From an uncultured bacterium (GTDB taxonomy: Bacteria; Planctomycetota; UBA8108; UBA1146), in assembly GCA_938075155.1 (NCBI GenBank), contig CALJGL010000011.1, positions 78,992-142,991 on the forward strand: DNA of 64,000 nucleotides, read 5' to 3'. The notes under the pieces were generated by a model that saw nothing but the letters and a program-made list of their open reading frames with translations, did no database searches and was not told the DNA's origin. Positions 10,124-20,052 of this stretch are shown here, in pieces; within the stretch, counting starts at the first letter, position 1, and every line of letters starts with the position of its first letter. The position numbers and the translations under genes are program-made.

Positions 10124-11423
10124 TCAGTGAGTGCCCTCTGAGTGAGAGCGCAAGACCGATCAAGAAAAGACCGAGGAAACCAATCGGAATAGTGATGTCG
10201 ACCATCGTGAAGGGGAATTCTTCCCCACCGTTGATTTGTGGCATCACCAAGTAATACATGTCCGCCCATTGCATGATCAGTACCCAAATGGCAGCAACAG
10301 CCAGAATTGGGCGACTACGCTTGACATGCTTGGACATGATGAACAGGAATGGGATCAAGAATCGACCAATGATCAATAACCAGCCCCATGAACCCCACAG
10401 CATGTTCTCTTGTCTCCGTAAGAACCAAGCCGTCTCCTCTGGAATGTTGGCATACCAGTAGAGCATGTATTGGCTAAATGCGATGTAGGCCCAGAAAACG
10501 GTAAAGGCGAACATCATCTTTCCAATATCTTGCATGTGTTCGTCGCTGACAGCTCTGGTCAATCTGCCATTCGCTTGCAGCCAGATCACGATCAGTGCGA
10601 GGAATGCATGGAACGACAAAACGCTACCCCCGAAAAGGTACACTCCGAAAATGGTACTGAACCAATGCGCATCCAGACTCATCAGAATGTCGTAAGCGGC
10701 AAAGGTGATACTCATGGCAAACAAAATCAGACCCAGCGGACTGAAGTGCGCCATTCGAGTCGTTCTCTTTAGATCGCCATCTGCATCCTGCTGTACCGAG
10801 TTTTTGTGGTACCAAAAAGAAATACCGATCCAAATCAAAAAGTAGATCGCCATGCGAATCAGGAAAAAGTCGTAGTTCAGATAAGCTTCCTTCACCGCGA
10901 TAATCGAGTCGCCGGGATCGGGATGAATCCACTTATAGAGTTTGCCCATTTGCCCCGGCATAAGAATCGGGATAAACAACAGCCCCATCAAAACAAAGTT
11001 ACGGGAAACCGCTTCGGCTAATCTTCGCACCACCGTGCTCCAAGACGCCATCGTCACATGGTGAATCAGGACGAAGAAGATCGCTCCGAGACAGATGGCC
11101 AACAACCAAGATGCGCTGACGAGGTATGGATGCCAGACAGACCAGGTTGAAACGTAACCGTGGGCCATACCGTGATCGCCACCGGAGTGGTCAGCAGAAT
11201 GGTCAGCGGAGTGCGTGGGATCTGAAGAGTGGGCAGCTCCCCCTGCAGCATGGGGCTCTGAGTGACTATCGAAAGCACCTTCAAGATTTCCAAGAAGTAG
11301 TGTGCCTATCAATCCCAGAACAGCGAGAACGGCACCGAATCCGATCAACTGGCCGGAAAGTCCGCCCAAGCTGCGATTTTCGGTACTCAGATCTATGGTT
11401 TGCTTGTGTCCCATATCGATCAC
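10071..11423 (-). CDS. actF: Alternative complex III subunit ActF (NrfD/PsrC-like polytopic membrane protein)
   Basis: 450 aa with 10 or more TM helices, NrfD-like. Second NrfD-like gene of the act cluster; 4 nt overlap with actE. Confidence 0.8.
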   Translation of the reverse strand: MIDMGHKQTIDLSTENRSLGGLSGQLIGFGAVLAVLGLIGTLLLGNLEGAFDSHSEPHAAGGAAHSSDPTHSADHSADHSGGDHGMAHGYVSTWSVWHPYLVSASWLLAICLGAIFFVLIHHVTMASWSTVVRRLAEAVSRNFVLMGLLFIPILMPGQMGKLYKWIHPDPGDSIIAVKEAYLNYDFFLIRMAIYFLIWIGISFWYHKNSVQQDADGDLKRTTRMAHFSPLGLILFAMSITFAAYDILMSLDAHWFSTIFGVYLFGGSVLSFHAFLALIVIWLQANGRLTRAVSDEHMQDIGKMMFAFTVFWAYIAFSQYMLYWYANIPEETAWFLRRQENMLWGSWGWLLIIGRFLIPFLFIMSKHVKRSRPILAVAAIWVLIMQWADMYYLVMPQINGGEEFPFTMVDITIPIGFLGLFLIGLALSLRGHSLIAEKDPRMPESLAFENA

Positions 11424-12151
11424 CTTCCCTCTTCAGGGGTGGCCGTGGAGCCGTCCTCGGAAGAGGAAGGTTTCTCCATGGACTCTAGCCGTTGCTTTTC
11501 CTCTGCGGGAATCTCAGCAACGTCAACAGACTGGCTGAACTGCAAGGCTTTGACATACGCCACGATGGCCCAACGATCTTCGACCGGGATCTGAGATCGA
11601 TAACCCGGCATCGTATTGATGCCATATCCAATGATGTTGAAGAGCTCTCCAATCGGATGGGCGAGACCCTTTTCCGAAGAAAGATCTGTCACAAGCCATG
11701 CACCGTAATCCGATACGGCTGTACGACGAGGTACGAGTCCATCCCCATGTCCAGAAATACCGTGACAGGGTGTGCAATAGATTCCGAAACGCTCTTCGCC
11801 TCTGGCTAACAGATCTGCATTGACCTTGACCTGAGAAGGGAACGTCGTTGCCCAGTCATCGCCATTGGTGCCCCAATTGTAATGTTTATCAGCATTCAGT
11901 TCACCGCGTGCAACAGTACCGGGAACGGGCAATCTCATCGCACGGTTGTCCCTATAGAAGGAATTCGCAGACTGAGTTTTAAACTTCTGTTGTTGGTCCA
12001 TGTCCAGAAACACATGGATTCTAGGAGTCCTCGATGTGCTGTATCGAGCTTTCGCCACGAGTACTGGTGGGATGAGTAGGAACATGTTGACCAATATGAT
12101 TGATCCAATGATCCAGCCCGGAACTTGTGTGTCCTTGATAGGAAGAGTCAT
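11420..12151 (-). CDS. actE: Alternative complex III subunit ActE (membrane-anchored mono-heme cytochrome c)
   Basis: N-terminal TM and a single CTPCH heme-binding motif (CxxCH). Position is between actD and actF. Confidence 0.8.
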   Translation of the reverse strand: MTLPIKDTQVPGWIIGSIILVNMFLLIPPVLVAKARYSTSRTPRIHVFLDMDQQQKFKTQSANSFYRDNRAMRLPVPGTVARGELNADKHYNWGTNGDDWATTFPSQVKVNADLLARGEERFGIYCTPCHGISGHGDGLVPRRTAVSDYGAWLVTDLSSEKGLAHPIGELFNIIGYGINTMPGYRSQIPVEDRWAIVAYVKALQFSQSVDVAEIPAEEKQRLESMEKPSSSEDGSTATPEEGR

Positions 12152-12155
12152 TTGG

Positions 12156-12749
12156 CTACTCCTCGATCACTTCAATGGCGTTCGCCCCGATTCCACGTAG
12201 GAATCGAGCATTTGAATCTGCGTCAAATCTGCGATCGCGGGCTTCGATACTGATGAAAAATCTGTCGGCCGTGGCCCTACGGAAACGGTCACTCCGAAAC
12301 AACGGATTGAACATTCTCGGCAAGCCGTTGAGAGCAAGCATTCCGCCAAAAGCACCGAACGCACTCAAAAGAATGGTCAATTCGAACGCCACTGGAATAC
12401 TGGCAGGGATACTGAAAAATGGCTTACCACTGATCAGGAACGGATAACTGATTCCGTTCATCCAACCCTGCATCAACAGTCCTCCACAGAACCCCGTAAA
12501 TCCTCCACCGAGCACGATCCAGGGAAGAATCGTCGGACGGATTCCCATAGCCCCATCAAGGCCATGAACGGGATACGGAGTATGGCAATCCCAACGTTTG
12601 AATCCTTCGTCTCTGACTTTTTCTGCAGCAGACATCAGTTGGTCGGCAGTCTCAAACTCGGCAATCAACACCACTGGCTTAGGATCCACCGAACCTTCGG
12701 CGGTAATGGTGTCAAAAGCGGGTTCATGGGTCTTTGGTTCACTCATCAT
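12156..12749 (-). CDS. actD: Alternative complex III subunit ActD
   Basis: 197 aa with a soluble N-terminus and two TM helices, in the canonical position between actC and actE. Confidence 0.7.
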   Translation of the reverse strand: MMSEPKTHEPAFDTITAEGSVDPKPVVLIAEFETADQLMSAAEKVRDEGFKRWDCHTPYPVHGLDGAMGIRPTILPWIVLGGGFTGFCGGLLMQGWMNGISYPFLISGKPFFSIPASIPVAFELTILLSAFGAFGGMLALNGLPRMFNPLFRSDRFRRATADRFFISIEARDRRFDADSNARFLRGIGANAIEVIEE

Positions 12750-12755
12750 TGACTC

Positions 12756-14252
12756 CTATGATCCAGCAGCCGGTGAAGGAGCGGATTCCGCATCTCCACT
12801 TTCGACAGGCTTTTCCGAGGGGGTTGAGTGAGCGGCATCTGCAATCACTCCCTTCACTTCACTCATTGCTATGAATGGGAGGAAGCGACAGAAGAGTGCA
12901 AACAACGTAAAGAACAATCCAAATGCGCCGATCATGATGCCGACGTCTGCCAGCTTGGGAGTGTAATAATCCCACGCAGCAGGAGTATAATCGTTCGCAA
13001 GACTGGTGACCGTGATCACGAATCTCTCGAACCACATACCAATGTTGACGAAGATGCTCACGACAAACATGATCCAGATATTAGTTCGAGCTTTCTTGAA
13101 CCAGAAAATCTGGGGAGAGATCACGTTGCAGGAAACCATGATCCAGTATGCCCAAGCGTATTGGCCAAATGCACGGTTCATGAATGCGAACTTTTCAACT
13201 TTAACTCCGCCATACCAGGCCATGAAAAATTCCTGCGCGTATGCGTAACCGACCAGCATTCCCGTCAGCATGATGACTTTATTCATATTCTCCAGGTGAC
13301 GGAGAGTAATGATCTCTTTCAGACCAAACAGCTGTCGTGCAGGCACGAGCAAGGTCACCACCATGGCAAATCCACTGAAGATCGCACCCGCAACGAAGTA
13401 AGGTGGGAAGATCGTCGTATGCCAACCAGCAACCTGTGAAACGGCGAAGTCGAAAGACACGACCGAGTGCACTGAAAGAACCAGCGGTGTCGCCAAGGAT
13501 GCCAACAGAAGGTAGGAACGCTCGTAAACATGCCACTGCCGGTTTGACCCAGTCCAACCCATGGAGAGCGCACCGTAAGCAAGACGTCGTATCCAATTGT
13601 TAGCACGATCTCTCACTGTGGCCAAATCTGGAACCATTCCCATGTACCAGAAGAGCAACGAAACCGTGAAGTACGTTCCTACAGCGAATACGTCCCAGAG
13701 CAATGGACTACGGAAGTTAGGCCAAAGTTCCATCTGGTTTGGCAACGGAAACATCCAGTATGCAAACCATGCTCGACCCACGTGGATTCCGGGGAACAAT
13801 CCCGCACACATGACGGCGAAAATAGTCATCGCTTCTGCAGCCCTATTGATCGAAGTTCGCCATTTTTGACGGAACAAGAACAAGATGGCTGAGATCAGCG
13901 TACCTGCGTGACCAATGCCCACCCAGAACACGAAGTTGACGATAGCGTATCCCCAGCCCACAGGGTTATTGACCCCCCAGACTCCCACTCCCCAAAAGAT
14001 AAGGAACGGAACGAAAACACCGAGAAGTCCCAATACTGAAAGCGAAAGAAGGAAGAACATGACCCAACCAAATGTGGGTTTGTCTTCGAGAATCCCGCAA
14101 ACTTTATCCGTGATCGTAGTGTTGTCATTCTCTCCAGTAATCCAAGGCTGACGCTCTACAGGAGAATACGACGTGTTGTCGATCTCCTGGCTCTGAGCAT
14201 TGCCGAGAATCTCGGGTCGAATGAAGGGAATCTTTTCGAGGAGATGCTTCAT
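12756..14252 (-). CDS. actC: Alternative complex III subunit ActC (NrfD/PsrC-like quinol-interacting membrane subunit)
   Basis: 498 aa polytopic NrfD-family protein, directly downstream of actB. Confidence 0.85.
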   Translation of the reverse strand: MKHLLEKIPFIRPEILGNAQSQEIDNTSYSPVERQPWITGENDNTTITDKVCGILEDKPTFGWVMFFLLSLSVLGLLGVFVPFLIFWGVGVWGVNNPVGWGYAIVNFVFWVGIGHAGTLISAILFLFRQKWRTSINRAAEAMTIFAVMCAGLFPGIHVGRAWFAYWMFPLPNQMELWPNFRSPLLWDVFAVGTYFTVSLLFWYMGMVPDLATVRDRANNWIRRLAYGALSMGWTGSNRQWHVYERSYLLLASLATPLVLSVHSVVSFDFAVSQVAGWHTTIFPPYFVAGAIFSGFAMVVTLLVPARQLFGLKEIITLRHLENMNKVIMLTGMLVGYAYAQEFFMAWYGGVKVEKFAFMNRAFGQYAWAYWIMVSCNVISPQIFWFKKARTNIWIMFVVSIFVNIGMWFERFVITVTSLANDYTPAAWDYYTPKLADVGIMIGAFGLFFTLFALFCRFLPFIAMSEVKGVIADAAHSTPSEKPVESGDAESAPSPAAGS

Positions 14253-14255
14253 CGT

Positions 14256-17200
14256 CTAGCCCTCCTTCTTCTCACCGGAATCATCACCTTCTGGCGACAT
14301 TTCTCCGGGATTTTTGAGCTGGGCCAAATAACTTGTCCGCGGACGAACGTTGAGTTCCGCCAACATCTTGTAAGACCGGTGCGACTTCTGTGTCATGGCT
14401 ACTTGGCTTTCTGGATCAGAAAGGTCTCCAAATGATATGGCACTGGTCGGACAGGTCTGAGCACAAGCAGGAACGACGTCTCCATCTTTGAGATCACGTC
14501 GATCATTGTGTGCCGAAATCTTAGCTTTGTTGATGCGCTGAACACAGTATGTGCACTTCTCCATAACCCCTCGACCACGGATTGTCACCGTGGGGTTATA
14601 GCCCATTTGCTCTGTCTTACTGGGTTCATGAGTGTTGTTGTAGTAGTTGAAACGGCGAACCTTATATGGACAGTTGTTACTGCAGTATCGGGTTCCGATA
14701 CAGCGGTTGTAGACCATGTCATTCAGGCCCTCTTCGTTGTGCACAGTAGCAGCAACGGGACAGACCTGTTCACACGGTGCATTTTCGCACTGATTACAGG
14801 TCATCGGCTGGTGAATCATTTCCGGATTCTCAACATCTTCACCACGGAAGTAGCGATCGATACGCATCCAGTGCATTTCACGTCCGGTTGCCACCTCGTC
14901 TTTACCGACAACAGAAATGTTATTCTCTGCTTGGCAGGCGATGACACAAGCACTGCATCCGGTACAGACATTCAAATCAATCGACATCGCCCACTTGTGT
15001 GACTTGTATTCATGATCAGGGAAGAGGCTCTTCAACGGAGGATGATGCGGCCCCGCGTCTTTAACAGCCTGCCCCACCTCTGAAAGGTCTGGAGAAAAAC
15101 CGGTCTCAACAGTACGGGCAAACTCACCCACCCTGTCCAATTCGGCTTCACGCTGGAGATCGCCCATGAAGGCTTCAGGACGAATCGGATTATGGTCCTG
15201 AGTCGTGGCGAGAACATACTCTCCATCGCCTCTGGAAACTGTGACCGAAGCGAATCCTTGCTTCACAGCATTTTCTGACCGCAGCTTGTAGGTATCAAAA
15301 CCAACGCCATCTGCAATCTGGTAAATCATCGGTTTTCTGGAAAGACGCCCTGCAGCACGATCGGCCAGCAATCGTCCGTATCCCAGCGAGACGGCAATGG
15401 TTTGTTCGTTTTGTCCAGGCAGCACGAAGGCAGGCATTTGAAGGTCTATTCCCTCTACCACCAGCTTCAGCATGTCACCGTTCTTCACTCCGAGGCTATT
15501 TGCTTTCTTCGGAGAAACGATGGCGCAGTTATCCCAGGTGACCTTTGTCATGGGATCCGGGAGTTCCTGAAGCCAACCATTATTGGCATATCGACCATCA
15601 AAGAGTGAATGGTCTTGGAGGAAAACGATTTCGTCTCCGCCTGGGGATTGAATGGCTCGCTGAAGCCCAGCACCCCAACCACCTTTAATCGCACCGGGAG
15701 CCTTGTCGACAGTATTCGACGTCCCCCCGATGAATCCATCATGAATCCACTTCCTCCACGATTCCTCGAAATCGGAATCGGCATTACCTGAAAGAATCTC
15801 TCGGGTAATGTTGTAACCAGAACGAGGAGAATCCTCGATCAGGATACTCATGAACTCGACGGAACTACGCCCAGCATAAAGAGGTTCGATCAAGGGTTGC
15901 TGAAGCGTAATCGTTCCATCCCAGGAACGACAGGCACCCCATTGCTCAAGGAAGTGGGTGGTATTCATATGCCACGCACATGCTTTCCCAGTTTCATCCT
16001 TGTACTCGCCCAAATGGATCGACGAAGGCACTTCACTGATCAGTGTCTTCCAAGTTTCGCCACTCATCTTCGGAGCGTCGTAAACAGGGTTCGCACCTAG
16101 AATAATCAAATGCTCCAACTCGCCGGACTTGATCCTTGTTGCGAGTAGTTCGAGATCTTCCAAGTGAGAAGGACGTGATGGGTATCTCACCTCTGCATAC
16201 TCAAGAGGCTTACCACTCCCGACAGCACCCAAGCCCGACACATTGATCGCGTGAACCAATGCATGCACCTCAGGCGGCTGACGATCCCCCGCCATCACCA
16301 GAGCGTTGCCACCCTGAGATTTGAGGTCCGCGGCCATTTTAAGGATTCGATCATCTGGGACTCCAGCGGAGGCCACGACATTGGCAATATCAGAAGGGAG
16401 ATCCACTTCGAGAGCTTTGGCCAGTTGGGCCACCATTCTCGGGATATCCGAAGATTTTGCCGTGATGTGAATGTCTGCAGCACCGCCAGTGATGGAGTAG
16501 GAACTCTCGACAACATAAACCCTGCTGATGCTGGCCTCGTCGTCATCCGCCGAAAGTCTCATGGCTGCCCAGCCGGCACTATGAGACAAATTGGCGGGGT
16601 GAGTCATCAAAGGATCGGCGTCGAAACAGGCGAGTACTTTTGCTTTAGAAAGATCCGCGACAGGTCTCTGAGGCGAACCGAAAGCCTGCCCCGTACCCAG
16701 TCTTTCCGAATCCCTGTTCAAGGGCGCCCATTCATGCCAACTACCACTCTTGAACTGGCGCATGAATTTCTTGCGCATTCCATCGAGCGGCAGTGACGAT
16801 GTGGGAGCCGCCAAAATAGCAATCTTAGTTGCGGATTTGACTTCGCTCAACTTGAGCATCGCTTCGTCCCATGTCGCATTAATGCTCTTACCATCTACCA
16901 TTTGAGATGGTTGCTTACTGCGACCGGGGTCATAGAGGTTTAGCACGCTGGCTTGCATCTGAGACGTTGCCGTCCCGCTGCATGCCGGATGATCGCCATT
17001 GCCATCCACTCGGATGGGTCGACCATCAAAACTCGTGACTAAAACTCCTTCCGCCACTTCCTGCTGTTCCCAACACGAAGCGTAAGCTTCAGGAACGCCA
17101 GGGATTTGACCTTCAGGACGACTGGTGTGTGGCAAGATCGCCTCACGCGGCCAGCGACATCCGGCAAGTCCCCCAGCGAGAGCCACGGAGGCTCCCATGA

Positions 17201-17366
17201 CCTTGAGGAAGTGACGCCTCGAGGTGGAGTTGAATAATTCTGGAGCATGGTTCGGGAATTCTTTGTGAACCAACTCGCGAAATTCGGGGGTATCAGCGTA
17301 ATCTTCAAGACTACGCCAAAGTGTTTTCCCCGAGCCATTTTCGATCATTTTGTTTATCGATGACAT
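14256..17366 (-). CDS. actB: Alternative complex III subunit ActB (fused molybdopterin-oxidoreductase-like B1 plus 4Fe-4S ferredoxin-like B2), Tat-exported
   Basis: 1036 aa. Twin-arginine signal SRRHFLKVMGASVALAGG. C-terminal Cys clusters (CTGCSACVIAC, CNQCENAPCEQVCP, CIGTRYCSNNCP, CTYCVQR) match the PsrB-like Fe-S subunit. Confidence 0.9.
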   Translation of the reverse strand: MSSINKMIENGSGKTLWRSLEDYADTPEFRELVHKEFPNHAPELFNSTSRRHFLKVMGASVALAGGLAGCRWPREAILPHTSRPEGQIPGVPEAYASCWEQQEVAEGVLVTSFDGRPIRVDGNGDHPACSGTATSQMQASVLNLYDPGRSKQPSQMVDGKSINATWDEAMLKLSEVKSATKIAILAAPTSSLPLDGMRKKFMRQFKSGSWHEWAPLNRDSERLGTGQAFGSPQRPVADLSKAKVLACFDADPLMTHPANLSHSAGWAAMRLSADDDEASISRVYVVESSYSITGGAADIHITAKSSDIPRMVAQLAKALEVDLPSDIANVVASAGVPDDRILKMAADLKSQGGNALVMAGDRQPPEVHALVHAINVSGLGAVGSGKPLEYAEVRYPSRPSHLEDLELLATRIKSGELEHLIILGANPVYDAPKMSGETWKTLISEVPSSIHLGEYKDETGKACAWHMNTTHFLEQWGACRSWDGTITLQQPLIEPLYAGRSSVEFMSILIEDSPRSGYNITREILSGNADSDFEESWRKWIHDGFIGGTSNTVDKAPGAIKGGWGAGLQRAIQSPGGDEIVFLQDHSLFDGRYANNGWLQELPDPMTKVTWDNCAIVSPKKANSLGVKNGDMLKLVVEGIDLQMPAFVLPGQNEQTIAVSLGYGRLLADRAAGRLSRKPMIYQIADGVGFDTYKLRSENAVKQGFASVTVSRGDGEYVLATTQDHNPIRPEAFMGDLQREAELDRVGEFARTVETGFSPDLSEVGQAVKDAGPHHPPLKSLFPDHEYKSHKWAMSIDLNVCTGCSACVIACQAENNISVVGKDEVATGREMHWMRIDRYFRGEDVENPEMIHQPMTCNQCENAPCEQVCPVAATVHNEEGLNDMVYNRCIGTRYCSNNCPYKVRRFNYYNNTHEPSKTEQMGYNPTVTIRGRGVMEKCTYCVQRINKAKISAHNDRRDLKDGDVVPACAQTCPTSAISFGDLSDPESQVAMTQKSHRSYKMLAELNVRPRTSYLAQLKNPGEMSPEGDDSGEKKEG

Positions 17367-18154
17367 GTGGAACAGTTCGTCAGGAGGGTCATTCTAACAG
17401 TCGGCTCACCGTCTGCGTCGTACAACCCCAGGCCCTTCAAGATTTCGATCCCTTGCACTTCTTTTTCTTCCTGGGTCCGATCAAGCCCCCAGTCCAGATC
17501 TGTAACTTTGTCAACAGGTCGCACTCGCCCCACAGGGTTGCGGTGACAATCGAGACACCAACCCATACTGAGAGGTGCAACTTGTTCAACCTCTACCATA
17601 CGATCCACGCGACCATGACACTCAACACAAGACACTCCGCGTGTCACATGAGCACTGTGATTGAAATACACATGATCAGGAAGATCGTGCACCTTAATCC
17701 ACTCGACCGGTAAACCGGTTTCAAACGAATGACGAATGGGCTTCAGCTTATTGCTGGTCGGTGCAACATTCTGATGGCAATTCATGCAGGTCGCTGTTGG
17801 AGGAACAGCCGCGAAGCCTGTCTTCTCAACAGTGTTGTGACAGTACCTGCAATCCATCCCCAATTCACCGACATGCAATTCATGACTGTAGGGAACTGGT
17901 TGCTCAGGCATATATCCTGCATTGAGTGTTTTTGGTGAAGCACCAAAGTAAATCATCAGGACAACATACAGTCCGGAGACACCGGCACCTGCACCTATCA
18001 ATTTGATAAGAGTATCCACCCAGGGAGGGAAGATGGGGGATCGCATCGTGGTCACGCTTTTCCTCCTGCCCGACTGACTTCTGGGTTTTGCCTTACCCAA
18101 CATCAATCGCTGCGAAAATGTCTTATGGCGCATCCAGTCTGGAAAAAATTCCAA
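17354..18154 (-). CDS. actA: Alternative complex III subunit ActA (pentaheme cytochrome c)
   Basis: Five CxxCH motifs (CRYCH, CMNCH, CVECH, CLDCH, CSTCH) and an N-terminal TM. Start could be the internal Met at 18046. Confidence 0.85.
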   Translation of the reverse strand: MEFFPDWMRHKTFSQRLMLGKAKPRSQSGRRKSVTTMRSPIFPPWVDTLIKLIGAGAGVSGLYVVLMIYFGASPKTLNAGYMPEQPVPYSHELHVGELGMDCRYCHNTVEKTGFAAVPPTATCMNCHQNVAPTSNKLKPIRHSFETGLPVEWIKVHDLPDHVYFNHSAHVTRGVSCVECHGRVDRMVEVEQVAPLSMGWCLDCHRNPVGRVRPVDKVTDLDWGLDRTQEEKEVQGIEILKGLGLYDADGEPTVRMTLLTNCSTCHR

Positions 18155-18254
18155 CCCGCTTGTCCCCGAAACCCCCGGAGCACGGATACGACTGCCGCAT
18201 GCACTTGTCAGGCTAGCAACAGAGAAGAACTAGGCAAACGATCTCACCTATTAA

Positions 18255-19628
18255 TCAGGAAGTTTTTCGAATAGTAGAACTGGCCCCCGATAGCCCTTTT
18301 TCGGATATCAATCCTTCATGGTAGGTCCAGCTCAGCAGAAGTCCGGCCAGTGTCAGCAAGATGGCTCCTAGAGATTGGTGCGCCGTGGCCACCAATGTCT
18401 CTTCAATTCCACTGGAAGCCACCCGGACTGTGGATCCTGTGACCGCCAATGCATAAAAGCCTAAAGTGACCTGAACAGCGGCGATAACACCCAACCAAAC
18501 GCCTATTTTGACTCTTGGAGCGGGCATTCCGGCCTGGGAGCAACGCGCACTCACAAGAAAGACGAGACCCAAAACCACGAATGCTCCCACGATATGCGGG
18601 ATCATCCAATCCCTCGAAATATGTCGAGAGAGAGCCCCTAGCGTCAGCTGACTGGTCAATCCCGCCAATAGCAAGAATGACCAGAATCTCTCATTTCTGG
18701 GGATATGGCCTTCGACGGGGTTATTCCAGACCTTTGAGGTCAAGAGCCACAAGACCGCTGTCAGGGCGAGAAACAACTGACCGTCGACTCCGTGGAAAAC
18801 TCTCAAGGCTAGACTCAAGCCAGATTCCTGCACTTGAGCCACTTGCCCCTCCACGACGATGGCAGACTCGACCTCTGTCACGCGTCCTCCCCCGAGAATC
18901 CCCTGAAAGATGACCTGAATGACGGCGAGACTGGCCAAAATTCGTAGGTTTTTCGGGGATCGGAACAAGAATACGCAGACCCCAAACGAGAGGGTCACCA
19001 GACCCACGAGAGTCCCATACAATCGGTGAGCATGTTCGTAGTAAATCCCTCCAGTCATTCGAGATAGAGGCAATAGGAACATGTTTTCACCAAAGGAAGC
19101 GGGCCAATCAGGAACCGCCATTCCCGCTTCTTCACTCGTCACCAATCCGCCGATGGCAATCATCACCATACTGGCGACGAAGGTAGAGGCTCCTAGCCAA
19201 CGCAACCCTTCTCCCCTCGAACAGATTTCAACTTCTAATTTTTGAGAACTGACGGTCCATGCGCCAAGCGTCGACAGAAGGCAGAGGGAGGTAAATAATC
19301 CGGTCAGGGCCATCACCGTCCGGCGAGCATCGGATAAATCCTCCGCCAAAAATGAGCCGAGAACCAATAAATCAAAGGTTCCTGCCACAAGAGCCGCATA
19401 CAGAGCACAAGCCAGATGTCGAGGATGCCGACGCGCTGCCTGGCGGCCGCCCCAGACCATGATGACGGCCAAAACCCCAAATAACAAAGCGGGATGTGCC
19501 TGTATAAAGGGCAAACGGGCAATAAATCCCGAGGTCCACATGGCCACTGCAGTGGCCACACCGACGGGAAACGCCGCTTCAAAGAGGCTGGAAGGTGCTC
19601 TCCGGTACTCCAAGGTATCTCTCGACAT
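18255..19628 (-). CDS. ctaA: Heme A synthase (COX15/CtaA family)
   Basis: Polytopic protein with conserved His-containing helices (YEHAHRLYG, ATAHQSLGA). The track ORF runs to 19724, but the Met at 19628 (MSRDTLEY) is the more likely start. Confidence 0.8.
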   Translation of the reverse strand: MSRDTLEYRRAPSSLFEAAFPVGVATAVAMWTSGFIARLPFIQAHPALLFGVLAVIMVWGGRQAARRHPRHLACALYAALVAGTFDLLVLGSFLAEDLSDARRTVMALTGLFTSLCLLSTLGAWTVSSQKLEVEICSRGEGLRWLGASTFVASMVMIAIGGLVTSEEAGMAVPDWPASFGENMFLLPLSRMTGGIYYEHAHRLYGTLVGLVTLSFGVCVFLFRSPKNLRILASLAVIQVIFQGILGGGRVTEVESAIVVEGQVAQVQESGLSLALRVFHGVDGQLFLALTAVLWLLTSKVWNNPVEGHIPRNERFWSFLLLAGLTSQLTLGALSRHISRDWMIPHIVGAFVVLGLVFLVSARCSQAGMPAPRVKIGVWLGVIAAVQVTLGFYALAVTGSTVRVASSGIEETLVATAHQSLGAILLTLAGLLLSWTYHEGLISEKGLSGASSTIRKTS

Positions 19629-19996
19629 GACCAACGACCTCCCTCTAAACAGCCAAATTTGGCTGTTTCTGTCCAAAATACAATAAGGACCCTCAGGTGC
19701 GGCTTTCTTTTCTTTCAGAACCACAGTTCATCTAAGGAGTTGTTGTAGGGAGAGGCAAGGGAAAGCACCGTAGGAAAAAGATGTGACGAACACTTCAATA
19801 CACCCCTGATAAGTGAGAAGATAGAAGAGTTAGAAAATATGAGACGGCAAGTATTTGACTTTTGGAATACACCCAGTGTTTTCAAATAATGTGATCTGTT
19901 TGTCGGTTGAAGAACCCTCTAGTGGGTACCTATTGAGTGCATCATCAGTTAATCATGTGCGAATCTCATGATATGGCTCTGTAATTTGTCATAAAC

Positions 19997-20021
19997 CCTT
20001 GGGTTATTTTAGGACCCAAGG
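19997..20021 (+). promoter_or_regulatory. 7-bp perfect inverted repeat (CCTTGGG-n11-CCCAAGG) about 30 nt upstream of the 20053 start codon
   Basis: Read directly from the sequence. Lies within a 328-bp relatively AT-rich divergent intergenic region between ctaA and the secreted-protein gene. Confidence 0.3.
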
Positions 20022-20052
20022 AATTTTGAAGCCCGCTTGAAAGGAATGGACC

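Noticed and set aside
19725-20052. AT-rich 328-bp divergent spacer scanned for a small ORF (35 aa MDRAKVFW... in the +1 frame)
   Set aside because: It overlaps the well-supported GTG start and signal peptide of the 825 aa gene in another frame and has no independent support.
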